A DNA stretch of 32,904 bases. Origin: a virus (lineage: Duplodnaviria > Caudoviricetes). The position numbers were made by a program, and so were the translations under genes. Positions 18,412-25,653 of this stretch are shown one piece after another; position 1 is the first letter of the stretch; every line of letters starts with the position of its first letter. The notes beneath the pieces are model-generated. The model made no database searches and was not told where the DNA came from. It worked only from the letters and a program-made list of their open reading frames with translations. The stretch spans positions 1 through 32,904 of IMG/VR virus record IMGVR_UViG_3300011339_000098; one strand, written 5' to 3'.

Positions 18412-18915
18412 ATGCTTTCACTTTTTTCTACTCTTGGTGGTTTGCTTATTTCGGGTTTACCAAAACTCCTAGATTACTTTCAGAATAAGGCTGACCAAAA
18501 GCATGAACTTGCTTTGGCTAGAGTACAGACTGAGAAAGAACTACAGTTAGCTGCGGCAGGGTTTGCGGCTCAAGCAAAGGTAGAGGAAATCCGTACAGAT
18601 CAGGTCTCCATGCAAGCAGAAGCCCAGATGACCGAGGCGGCTCTAAAGCACGATGAGAAGGTCTTAGAGAAGGCGTCCACTTGGGTGGTTAACTATGTTG
18701 GTACTGTAAGACCTACAATTACCTACATCTTTGTGTTTGAGCTATGTGCCATTAACGCTTGGATTGCCTACTACATTTACTCTCGTCCTAGTTTAGTAAC
18801 AAGCATGGATGACCTAATCCGTGTGTCTGACATTATTTTCTCGACTGACGAGATGGCTATGTTGGGCGGCATTATTGGCTTCTGGTTTGGCTCAAGAGGC
18901 TGGAACAAGAAATGA
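18412..18915 (+). CDS. Holin of 3TMs-like (GTA-holin-type) membrane protein
   Basis: N-terminal hydrophobic helix, coiled coil, VRPTITY and IIGFWFGSR motifs. Confidence 0.75.
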   Translation: MLSLFSTLGGLLISGLPKLLDYFQNKADQKHELALARVQTEKELQLAAAGFAAQAKVEEIRTDQVSMQAEAQMTEAALKHDEKVLEKASTWVVNYVGTVRPTITYIFVFELCAINAWIAYYIYSRPSLVTSMDDLIRVSDIIFSTDEMAMLGGIIGFWFGSRGWNKK

Positions 18916-19415
18916 AGATCAGCAAAGAGGGTGAACACCTGATGCACTTCTTTGAGGGCTACAGGAACAAGCCGTATCGTTGTTCTGCGGCTATTTGGAC
19001 AGTCGGGTGGGGTCACGCTATGTACGGAGATCAACTAAGCCTACCAAACGTCCGTAAAGAGGGTTACACAGGCTTAATCCGTTCTGACTATCAACTCAAG
19101 GAGGCAGACAATCGTGTATGGTCAAAAGAAGAATTGGTCGATTTATTCAAGGTGGACATCGGCAGTTTTGAACGTGGTGTTTTACGACTTTCTCCTAATC
19201 TTGTTAGTCATCAAGGCAAATTCGACGCTGTTGTCTCTTTTGCCTATAACGCAGGGCTAGGTAATTACCAGCGTTCTACCATCCGCATGAAGGTTAATCG
19301 TGAGGATTGGGATGGGGCAGCAGAGGCATTTATGTCTTGGACTAAGGCGGGTGGTAAAGAAGTCGCAGGATTGGTTAAGCGCAGAAAAGCAGAAAAAGCA
19401 TTGTTCCTTAACTAA
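18912..19415 (+). CDS. Endolysin, GH24 phage lysozyme
   Basis: FEGYRNKPYRCSAAIWTVGWGH (E-x8-C-x5-T), FDAVVSFAYNAG and GLVKRRKAE. Confidence 0.93.
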   Translation: MKISKEGEHLMHFFEGYRNKPYRCSAAIWTVGWGHAMYGDQLSLPNVRKEGYTGLIRSDYQLKEADNRVWSKEELVDLFKVDIGSFERGVLRLSPNLVSHQGKFDAVVSFAYNAGLGNYQRSTIRMKVNREDWDGAAEAFMSWTKAGGKEVAGLVKRRKAEKALFLN

Positions 19416-19448
19416 ACTGACATAGACATAAGATTTAATCTGACACCT

Positions 19449-19823
19449 ATGGCTAATATACCTACACAGCAAGATGCTGAAATCTTTGCCAAAAGCGTCA
19501 AGAAGTACCAAGCACTTTTAAGCCTTGGTGATTGGCGTATTGAGCGAGGCTCTAAGCCAGCAAAGCAAGCGATGGCCTCCGTAGAGTTTAATCAGGGTGC
19601 TAGGTTAGCCACTTATCGGCTAGGTGATTTTGGTGCTGAAAAGATCACGCCTGAGTCATTGGATAAAACTGCATTGCATGAAATGTTGCACATCTTTTTG
19701 CATGACTTGATGTGTGTGGCACAAGACCCTAAATCATCAGAAGATGAGATCGAGATGCAAGAGCATAGGGTGATAAATCTGCTAGAAAACTTACTCTCTA
19801 AGGATTCCAATGGGCGCACATAA
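19449..19823 (+). CDS. HEXXH zincin-like protein
   Basis: ALHEMLHIFL motif with downstream Glu (QEH). Confidence 0.65.
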   Translation: MANIPTQQDAEIFAKSVKKYQALLSLGDWRIERGSKPAKQAMASVEFNQGARLATYRLGDFGAEKITPESLDKTALHEMLHIFLHDLMCVAQDPKSSEDEIEMQEHRVINLLENLLSKDSNGRT

Positions 19824-20796
19824 TCAATCTTGCACCGATGATGAATTCATCCAACTTTGGCAAGAGCATGGGTCAGCTTCTAAAGTAGCGTCTATTCTTG
19901 GCATCAACACCAGAGCCTCTTTTATCCGCAGAAGGTGGATAGAAGACCACTATAAGATCAAGTTATTCTCTTTTGACCACAGGGGTGCTAAATATGATGT
20001 TCAAAGGGGAAAGACCTTTTCTCCATTAAAACAGATAAACCTTGGCATAGAAGACGGAACAGTAATTGTGTTCTCTGATGCCCACTTCATTCCTAGTCAG
20101 CGTACAACGGCATTTAAAGGGCTTCTATGGGCTATCCAAGAGTTCAAGCCAAAGGCGGTGATATGTAATGGTGATGCGTTCGATGGTGCGTCTATATCTC
20201 GGCATGATGTGACAGACCAGCCACAGACTTCTGTTATTCAGGAGTTAAAAGCCTGTCAAGCAATGCTTGGTGAGATTGAGGAAGCAGCTAAAGCTGAGAG
20301 ACACAATGTAAAGCTAGTGTTTACATGGGGAAACCATGACATTCGGTTTGGCAACAGATTAGCTCAACACGCACCACAATTTAAGGAAGTTCAAGGCTTT
20401 AAGCTGACAGACCATATTCCAGATTGGGAGTTCTGTTGGGCAGTATGGCCTACTTCTCAGGTCATCATTAAGCACCGATATAAAGGTGGTATTCACGCTA
20501 CCCACAACAACACAGTTAACGCTGGTGTGTCAATCATTACTGGACACCTACACTCTCTAAAGGTTACGCCATTTGACGATTACAACGGCACTCGCTATGG
20601 AGTAGACACAGGCACTTTGGCTGAGACTGATGGGCCGCAATTTACCTACGCAGAATTAAATCCTAGTAACCATAGATCAGGCTTTGCGGTCTTAAATTTC
20701 TTCAACGGCAAGCTGCTATGGCCTGAACTCGTGCATAAGTTCGATGAAGACCAGATCGAATTCCGTGGTGAAGTTATTGATGTGAGTGCATTTTGA
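19810..20796 (+). CDS. Calcineurin-like metallophosphoesterase with N-terminal HTH
   Basis: SDAH, NGDAFD, GNHD, KH and GHLH motifs; SASKVASILGI HTH-like segment. Confidence 0.88.
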   Translation: MGAHNQSCTDDEFIQLWQEHGSASKVASILGINTRASFIRRRWIEDHYKIKLFSFDHRGAKYDVQRGKTFSPLKQINLGIEDGTVIVFSDAHFIPSQRTTAFKGLLWAIQEFKPKAVICNGDAFDGASISRHDVTDQPQTSVIQELKACQAMLGEIEEAAKAERHNVKLVFTWGNHDIRFGNRLAQHAPQFKEVQGFKLTDHIPDWEFCWAVWPTSQVIIKHRYKGGIHATHNNTVNAGVSIITGHLHSLKVTPFDDYNGTRYGVDTGTLAETDGPQFTYAELNPSNHRSGFAVLNFFNGKLLWPELVHKFDEDQIEFRGEVIDVSAF

Positions 20797-20936
20797 GTGC
20801 TTGGCTAATCATTCTCACAGGGCTAATCTACGCATACATTGCGGTAGAACAGCTTGTTGTCGGCAATCCCCACATGAGCATCGTTTATGCTGGATACGCT
20901 GCTTCAAATGTGGGTCTTTACTTGCTTGCTAAGTAG
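20793..20936 (+). CDS. Small 2-TM protein (47 aa, TTG start; not in the ORF track)
   Basis: TTGA coupling; MSAWLIILTGLIYAYIAVEQLVVGNPHMSIVYAGYAASNVGLYLLAK. Confidence 0.65.
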   Translation: MSAWLIILTGLIYAYIAVEQLVVGNPHMSIVYAGYAASNVGLYLLAK

Positions 20937-21093
20937 CATCGTATTTAGTGACTGCTTCATAGTCAACTACCCAACCATGTCTTTCTTGAAAGACAATAAA
21001 CTCTTGAAGTATCTTTACCTTGTCAAAGTCAAAGGTTTCAATAGTGATTTTTTCTGGCTCAGAAAAGCCAAACGAAATTTCAACTTTAAACAT
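20929..21093 (-). CDS. Hypothetical protein (54 aa), last gene of the leftward operon
   Basis: ATG overlaps the end of the MazG-like gene. Confidence 0.55.
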   Translation of the reverse strand: MFKVEISFGFSEPEKITIETFDFDKVKILQEFIVFQERHGWVVDYEAVTKYDAT

Positions 21094-21391
21094 CTTTAAC
21101 GAACAATCCGTTAGGCAATAGTGTGCCTTTCCGATTCTTAATCTGATCGTATGCAACTTCCATGCAGTCTACCAGATTCAAGTCTTGTAGGGCGCAAAAG
21201 TTAACTAGACAGACCATCACATCCCCTACCGCATCCTCCATTGCTTCACGATCATGTTTGAGGGTTGCATCAGCCAACTCACCCATCTCTGACATGGCTT
21301 TGAGTAGCTGAGTCGCTGGTGTGCTGTTGGGAATAATTCGTCTAGCCTCTGCCCATTGAATTATCTTAATTTCTACATTAGCGTACGACAT
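21086..21391 (-). CDS. MazG-like nucleotide pyrophosphohydrolase
   Basis: KAMSEMGELAD...DAVGDVMV and AYDQIKNRKG motifs. Confidence 0.85.
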   Translation of the reverse strand: MSYANVEIKIIQWAEARRIIPNSTPATQLLKAMSEMGELADATLKHDREAMEDAVGDVMVCLVNFCALQDLNLVDCMEVAYDQIKNRKGTLLPNGLFVKDV

Positions 21392-21698
21392 CCCATTCCC
21401 TTTCATTTCGATTTGAATTTGATTTAACTGTTTTACCTGTGAGATAGATCAGGTTCATTCTTTGCAATTCATGTAATCGTCTTGCAACTTGCATATTTTC
21501 TAGGTTAGTAAATGCGGCTATTCCATCTTTTCCAAGCGCACCATTAGCCTTTAAACAATCCAAGATGATCTCGTGGTGTTTAGGGGCTACATGGCTTATA
21601 GACTCTGCTGCTTCAAAAGAAGTTAGCGGGTCTGTAGTCCTAACTCTTGGGAAGTCAGGCATAACAAAAATTCTTTTAAATGCTTCTTTGTAATCCAT
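21378..21698 (-). CDS. Winged-HTH DNA-binding protein
   Basis: RTTDPLTSFEAA leader, VARRLHEL recognition helix; AAGGA RBS. Confidence 0.7.
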   Translation of the reverse strand: MDYKEAFKRIFVMPDFPRVRTTDPLTSFEAAESISHVAPKHHEIILDCLKANGALGKDGIAAFTNLENMQVARRLHELQRMNLIYLTGKTVKSNSNRNEREWDVVR

Positions 21699-21714
21699 AA
21701 TTTTTTCCTTTAGG

Positions 21715-21779
21715 TGGAGGTAATCGCTGCGTCCAAGTTCGTCCGACAGAATTGTCGCAAGGCATCCGCTTTCCCTCCG
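21715..21779 (-). ncRNA. Candidate structured intergenic RNA
   Basis: GGAGG/CCUCC outer stem, internal loops, CGACA-AUUC-UGUCG hairpin. Confidence 0.45.
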
Positions 21780-21785
21780 TTAACT

Positions 21786-22028
21786 TTAAAATGGGATAGA
21801 ATCGTCTTCTTCTTTAGCCCTCTTAGGCTTGTTCAAAGAAGCGTCTGCGTTCTTGTTCTTGATAGACAAAGACATAAACTTGTTTCCGTCCTTGCTAACC
21901 TTAATCCAAGCAGATAGCCAGTAGTCAATACCCTCTACATTGATTGAGCCTTTGTAGTCAGGAAATTTAGCATCGTCTTTGCGGTCGTTCTTAAAGAGCG
22001 AACCTCTGTTGTTGTTATCGTATTCCAT
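21786..22028 (-). CDS. SSB-like protein
   Basis: GSLFKND..PDYKGSI..YWLSAW core; acidic DDSIPF tail; follows ERF. Confidence 0.75.
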   Translation of the reverse strand: MEYDNNNRGSLFKNDRKDDAKFPDYKGSINVEGIDYWLSAWIKVSKDGNKFMSLSIKNKNADASLNKPKRAKEEDDSIPF

Positions 22029-22030
22029 GT

Positions 22031-22639
22031 TTATCCTTTCGCACCTTTCAATGCACTTCTCACTTTACTAGGAAGCAGAGTCCAGAGGGCAACCTTTTGT
22101 TCTGCGTCTAAGTTCTCTTTTTCCAACTTAATCCAAGCCACCTTGGGTTCACCTTGCTCACAGGTAGCAATTAAATCAACTGCTAACTCTCTGAGATAAT
22201 TTTGCTCATCTTCTGGGATGTTATCCATTGCACCCTGAGTAGGTGTAATTATTACCTTTTCCTCCTTGATGGGCGCAGAGGAATCCAGAGCGTCATGCTC
22301 TACGATCTCCATTGCTGTAACCCAAAGGTAGCGTCTGGTGTAGGTTTCTACTGCGCCTAAGTTCTGGATAGGATGGCAACCCTTTAGATTGGCCTCTGCC
22401 ATTGGGCTGGTGATGATGATGTTCGTGCCATCGTCTGTGTCTGTGATGGTCAGGCTTGCTATCTCTGAATCGTAGGACACTACACCGCACAAGCCAATAT
22501 CGTTAAAGATTGAATTGATCGTGGGGATAAAGTCACCAAGTTCAAAGTATGAGTATCCAGCAAACTTGTTGTGACCAGACTTCTTGAGAGATGCGTTTTG
22601 CAACATGATTCGTGCTTGCATTAACTTCTTATGTACCAT
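22031..22639 (-). CDS. erf: ERF-family ssDNA annealing recombinase
   Basis: KKSGHNKFAGYSYFELGD and IQNLGAVETYTRRY signature. Confidence 0.88.
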   Translation of the reverse strand: MVHKKLMQARIMLQNASLKKSGHNKFAGYSYFELGDFIPTINSIFNDIGLCGVVSYDSEIASLTITDTDDGTNIIITSPMAEANLKGCHPIQNLGAVETYTRRYLWVTAMEIVEHDALDSSAPIKEEKVIITPTQGAMDNIPEDEQNYLRELAVDLIATCEQGEPKVAWIKLEKENLDAEQKVALWTLLPSKVRSALKGAKG

Positions 22640-22817
22640 TTGATTCTTCCTTTAAATATTCTTCAATCATTGCTTCTTTGTCTTCCTCGTATAAATCCTC
22701 GAAAGGTACGAAGTGGTTTTCTCCACAGCATGAGCCGTAGGTCTTTGGGTTTGTGCAGTAGCAGCAATAAGTTCCTGACAGGTCTTTGATTGCGTCTTCT
22801 CTTGTTAACTTGGTCAT
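22629..22817 (-). CDS. Small Cys-rich protein (62 aa)
   Basis: YCCYC...SCCGENHF possible Zn site. Confidence 0.65.
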   Translation of the reverse strand: MTKLTREDAIKDLSGTYCCYCTNPKTYGSCCGENHFVPFEDLYEEDKEAMIEEYLKEESNGT

Positions 22818-22969
22818 TGGATGCGTCCGATAGGTTTAGCTACAAGCCACTTGTCGCCTAGTCTGCGTACTGACTTCACCCATTGCTTTTGGTAGGCTCT
22901 AATGACCTCTGGAGGGGCATCGTAGGTGCAAAACATCTTACGGACATGGGTTAGGAATCGTGTGTTCAT
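22814..22969 (-). CDS. Small basic protein (51 aa)
   Basis: TAATG coupling; QWVKSVRRLGDKWLVA. Confidence 0.65.
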   Translation of the reverse strand: MNTRFLTHVRKMFCTYDAPPEVIRAYQKQWVKSVRRLGDKWLVAKPIGRIQ

Positions 22970-23061
22970 TAACCCCTCCAAGCCAACATAACACCCCAAC
23001 CACCAAAGATGATGATTGCTAACAGGCACTCAACTAGCGTCTGAATAATCTTACTTTTCAT
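22969..23061 (-). CDS. 30-aa single-TM peptide (not in the ORF track)
   Basis: TAAGGAG RBS; MKSKIIQTLVECLLAIIIFGGWGVMLAWRG. Confidence 0.65.
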   Translation of the reverse strand: MKSKIIQTLVECLLAIIIFGGWGVMLAWRG

Positions 23062-23100
23062 TTGGTTCTCCTTAGATGGGGGACTAAGCCCCCTGTTAAT

Positions 23101-23367
23101 TTAGTTAAAAGAAAAATGCAAGCGTTCTTTTTGCTGTTCTTGTCTAACTGATTCTTCGGCATCGCAATCGGCAAGGTAGTCATCCCATTGGGCTTTTTCT
23201 TCTGCGGTTAAATAAGAAAGCCAAGTTTGATAACCTTTTTCATCTTCATTTTCAGAAAAAGATTCAAAGGTTTCGCCTTCATCGTTAACAATCAAATAAA
23301 TTACTTCATAAGTTGCTGGATTAACTACTCTTTGAATGTAGTTAAAAGAAAAAGATGGTGTGTTCAT
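23101..23367 (-). CDS. Acidic early protein (88 aa)
   Basis: First gene after the leftward promoter; TAAGGA RBS; 19 D/E vs 6 K/R. Confidence 0.75.
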   Translation of the reverse strand: MNTPSFSFNYIQRVVNPATYEVIYLIVNDEGETFESFSENEDEKGYQTWLSYLTAEEKAQWDDYLADCDAEESVRQEQQKERLHFSFN

Positions 23368-23414
23368 TTGGTTTTCCTTAATGGCCCGTTTACGAATTGT
23401 TGCGGGTTAGGGGA

Positions 23415-23442
23415 AGTATAGCAAAGTAAACGAGTAGGTCAA
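23415..23442 (-). promoter_or_regulatory. Leftward sigma70-type early promoter
   Basis: TTGACC-N16-TATACT with TGn extended -10. Confidence 0.75.
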
Positions 23443-23452
23443 CAACTATTTT

Positions 23453-23469
23453 CTAGGTACTTTCCCTAG
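23453..23469. promoter_or_regulatory. Palindromic operator-like site CTAGG-N7-CCTAG
   Basis: Between divergent promoters; related copy at 26832-26846. Confidence 0.6.
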
Positions 23470-23503
23470 TGTTGTATTTTGTTAACTAAGATATACTGGC
23501 GAG

Positions 23504-23656
23504 ATGGACAAACAAACTGCTATCACACTTGCTGGCTCACAGAGTGAGCTTGCTAGAATCTTTGGCATCACAAGGGCGGCTGTCTTTCATTGGAAGACAA
23601 TCCCTCCTCTACGCCTTTATCAACTAAAAGAACTTAAACCAGATTGGTTCAAATGA
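23504..23656 (+). CDS. cro: Cro-like HTH regulator (50 aa; not in the ORF track)
   Basis: MDKQTAITLAGSQSELARIFGITRAAVFHWKTIPPLRLYQL matches the N15/P22-type Cro pattern; TATACT 6 nt upstream of ATG. Confidence 0.85.
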   Translation: MDKQTAITLAGSQSELARIFGITRAAVFHWKTIPPLRLYQLKELKPDWFK

Positions 23657-24009
23657 CTCAAGAAGCCCTAATTAAAGCCCTCCAGAACGGCCCTCTAACC
23701 TCTCGTGAAGTGGTAGATACCACAGGTATGTCTCAATCGACTGTCCTGTCTACGGCTAAGAAGCTGAGATACAAAGGCTTGCTGACAACAGAGCAGGTCA
23801 AGGTTGGTAGGCATTGGTTAGCCAAGTACACGCTAGACGATAGTCTTATACAAGACCAACCGAAAGAAGACAGGTGCTTGCTAAACCCATTCGATATTCG
23901 CAATGCCAAGGGTATCTTTACGCCTACAGAATACAGACTGATGAACGCACACGCTAAAAGAATTTACAAGTCAAGTCCTACAGAGATTACAAACAATCAG
24001 TTTATTTAG
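23653..24009 (+). CDS. Winged-HTH protein (cII position)
   Basis: ATGA coupling; GPLTSREVVDTTGMSQSTV..KKLRYKGLL. Confidence 0.75.
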   Translation: MTQEALIKALQNGPLTSREVVDTTGMSQSTVLSTAKKLRYKGLLTTEQVKVGRHWLAKYTLDDSLIQDQPKEDRCLLNPFDIRNAKGIFTPTEYRLMNAHAKRIYKSSPTEITNNQFI

Positions 24010-24015
24010 TATAAT
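23987..24015 (+). promoter_or_regulatory. Putative promoter for the replication gene
   Basis: TTACAA-N17-TATAAT. Confidence 0.5.
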
Positions 24016-24017
24016 GT

Positions 24018-24103
24018 TTTGAAACACGGCTAGGTATGGCCTGATCTCCATACCGAAAAGAGTTAACCCTTCTCCTGCCGCAGTTTCTTTCAAAGGGTTT
24101 TTT
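24018..24103 (+). ncRNA. Candidate structured 5' leader of the replication initiator
   Basis: Nested stems gaaac/gtttc, cggc(t)agg/cctgccg, ggtatgg/ccatacc; AACCCTT/AAGGGTT alternative pairing. Confidence 0.55.
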
Positions 24104-24119
24104 AAAAAGCGGTATTTGT

Positions 24120-24902
24120 ATGCACTACTATCAGCATCATATTGGTGACTTCATCAAGGATACATCGTTCTTGACCAATGAAGAAATTGGTATTTATCTC
24201 AAGTTAATTTGGCTTTATTACGACTCTGAAAAGCCATTGCCAAACAATTTATTTGAACTTGGCATGAAGACAGCCACAAGAGACAACCAGATTGTTCTTG
24301 AGGGTTTGTTAGAAATGTTCTTTGTTTTAGATGAAGAAAATAAATGCTGGCATCACAACAGATGCGATAAAGAAATTGAACACTACAGACAGCAATTAAC
24401 TACTGCTTCTAAAGCTGGAAAAGCATCGGCACTTAAACGAGCGATGAACAAGAATCCAACGAGCGTTGAACAAGCGTTAAACGAGCGTTCAACAGAGGTT
24501 CAACCAACCAATAACCAACAACCAATAACCAACAACCAAGATAAGAACAAGCGTGGCTCACGCCTCGCTCAAGACTTTTTCTTTCCAAAAGAATGGTGTG
24601 ATTTTCTTGTTGAACAAAGACCAGAACTAAACGCACAACAAACCTTTGAGAAGTTCAAGGATTACTGGATAGCCCAAGCAGGTCAAAAGGGTGTGAAGCT
24701 AGATTGGTTTGCAACATGGCGTAATTGGGTGAGAAACACAAATGCACCAAAAGCTAATCCTGCTGACAACATAAGGCTTACAGTTCCTGCGTCAAATGAG
24801 CCTGACCCTGCTTTATTGAAAATTAAGCAAGATGAAAAAGTAACTCGTCCTCCAACACCAGAAGAACGAGCAATTCTTAACGCTTTTAGGAGAAAAGCAT
24901 GA
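24120..24902 (+). CDS. Replication initiator (DUF1376/YdaU N-domain, lambda O-like organisation)
   Basis: MHYYQHHIGDF..DT..L..EE.GIY.KL..LYY; low-complexity linker; FKDYW...KLDWFATWRNW C-domain. Confidence 0.85.
   Translation: MHYYQHHIGDFIKDTSFLTNEEIGIYLKLIWLYYDSEKPLPNNLFELGMKTATRDNQIVLEGLLEMFFVLDEENKCWHHNRCDKEIEHYRQQLTTASKAGKASALKRAMNKNPTSVEQALNERSTEVQPTNNQQPITNNQDKNKRGSRLAQDFFFPKEWCDFLVEQRPELNAQQTFEKFKDYWIAQAGQKGVKLDWFATWRNWVRNTNAPKANPADNIRLTVPASNEPDPALLKIKQDEKVTRPPTPEERAILNAFRRKA
24436..24540 (+). repeat. Putative origin: six tandem 11-bp iterons plus five AACCAAN heptamers
   Basis: aacgagcgatg, aacaagaatcc, aacgagcgttg, aacaagcgtta, aacgagcgttc, aacagaggttc (24436-24501); heptamers 24506-24540. 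Confidence 0.75.
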
Positions 24903-25087
24903 CAAATGAAGAGTGGGAACTAATTGGTCAATTTGTTAAAGATGTTGTTGATCGGTTTGATGAACAAGAAAAAATAACAAAAAATCTTTCACAAAGAATT
25001 AAACATCTTGAAGAAGAAATTGAAATATTAAGTGAATTAAAACAATTTAGTCATTTGCTTGATATGGATGGAATGAGGAAAGAATGA
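24899..25087 (+). CDS. Small coiled-coil protein
   Basis: ATGA coupling; AT-rich. Confidence 0.6.
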   Translation: MTNEEWELIGQFVKDVVDRFDEQEKITKNLSQRIKHLEEEIEILSELKQFSHLLDMDGMRKE

Positions 25088-25203
25088 GCCACTACGAAGC
25101 CATGAAACTACTGGACAAGGTGCGTGAAGGCGTACCTGTACCACTACACCTGATAAACAAAGCATTGGAATTGACTGGTGATCTACTCACGCAAGACGAT
25201 TGA
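25084..25203 (+). CDS. 39-aa hypothetical protein (not in the ORF track)
   Basis: ATGA coupling, GAGG upstream; MSHYEAMKLLDKVREG...ALELTGDL. Confidence 0.6.
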   Translation: MSHYEAMKLLDKVREGVPVPLHLINKALELTGDLLTQDD

Positions 25204-25390
25204 AAGCCCAAATGATAGGGTCATCTTAGAGCAAGCAGAAGCTCGGGAACTTTATCGTAATTGGGAGTGGACTAAGAATCGTGACTTGATTCGTGCAAGG
25301 CTTGAAAGAGCAGAGCGAATTTATGGTGTTGGCGCTAGAGACAGAATCCGTGAATACATGAACAGAATTAAGGATGGATTACTCGAATGA
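25178..25390 (+). CDS. Hypothetical helical protein (70 aa)
   Basis: GTG start; coupled to the next gene. Confidence 0.55.
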   Translation: MIYSRKTIESPNDRVILEQAEARELYRNWEWTKNRDLIRARLERAERIYGVGARDRIREYMNRIKDGLLE

Positions 25391-25653
25391 GATATGCAGC
25401 AAGGGTAGACGCTAACCAAGAACAGATAGTTTCAGCACTAAGAGCCGCAGGTGCTTATGTATGGATTATTGGCTTACCTGTTGACCTTTTGGTTGGCTAC
25501 AAGAATCACACCTTTCTGGTGGAGATCAAAACAGACTCTAAAAAGCGTTTAACCAAGCTACAAGCCGACTTTTTCGAGAATTGGTCTGGAAGTACCTTGG
25601 CAAGAATAGATTGCCCAGAAGCGGCTCTACGGATGATAGGGGTGGTTAAATGA
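25387..25653 (+). CDS. VRR-NUC / PD-(D/E)xK endonuclease (resolvase-like)
   Basis: AARVDANQ, PVDLLVGY, LVEIK and LTKLQ motifs. Confidence 0.85.
   Translation: MRYAARVDANQEQIVSALRAAGAYVWIIGLPVDLLVGYKNHTFLVEIKTDSKKRLTKLQADFFENWSGSTLARIDCPEAALRMIGVVK

Noticed and set aside
23076-23095. GGGGG/CCCCC hairpin as an intrinsic terminator
   Set aside because: On the coding (minus) strand it is followed by an RBS rather than a U-tract, so a stabiliser or processing stem is more likely.
24040-24062. Hammerhead ribozyme (ctgatct...gaaa)
   Set aside because: The core needs CUGANGA; here it is CUGAUCU and lies in a hairpin loop.
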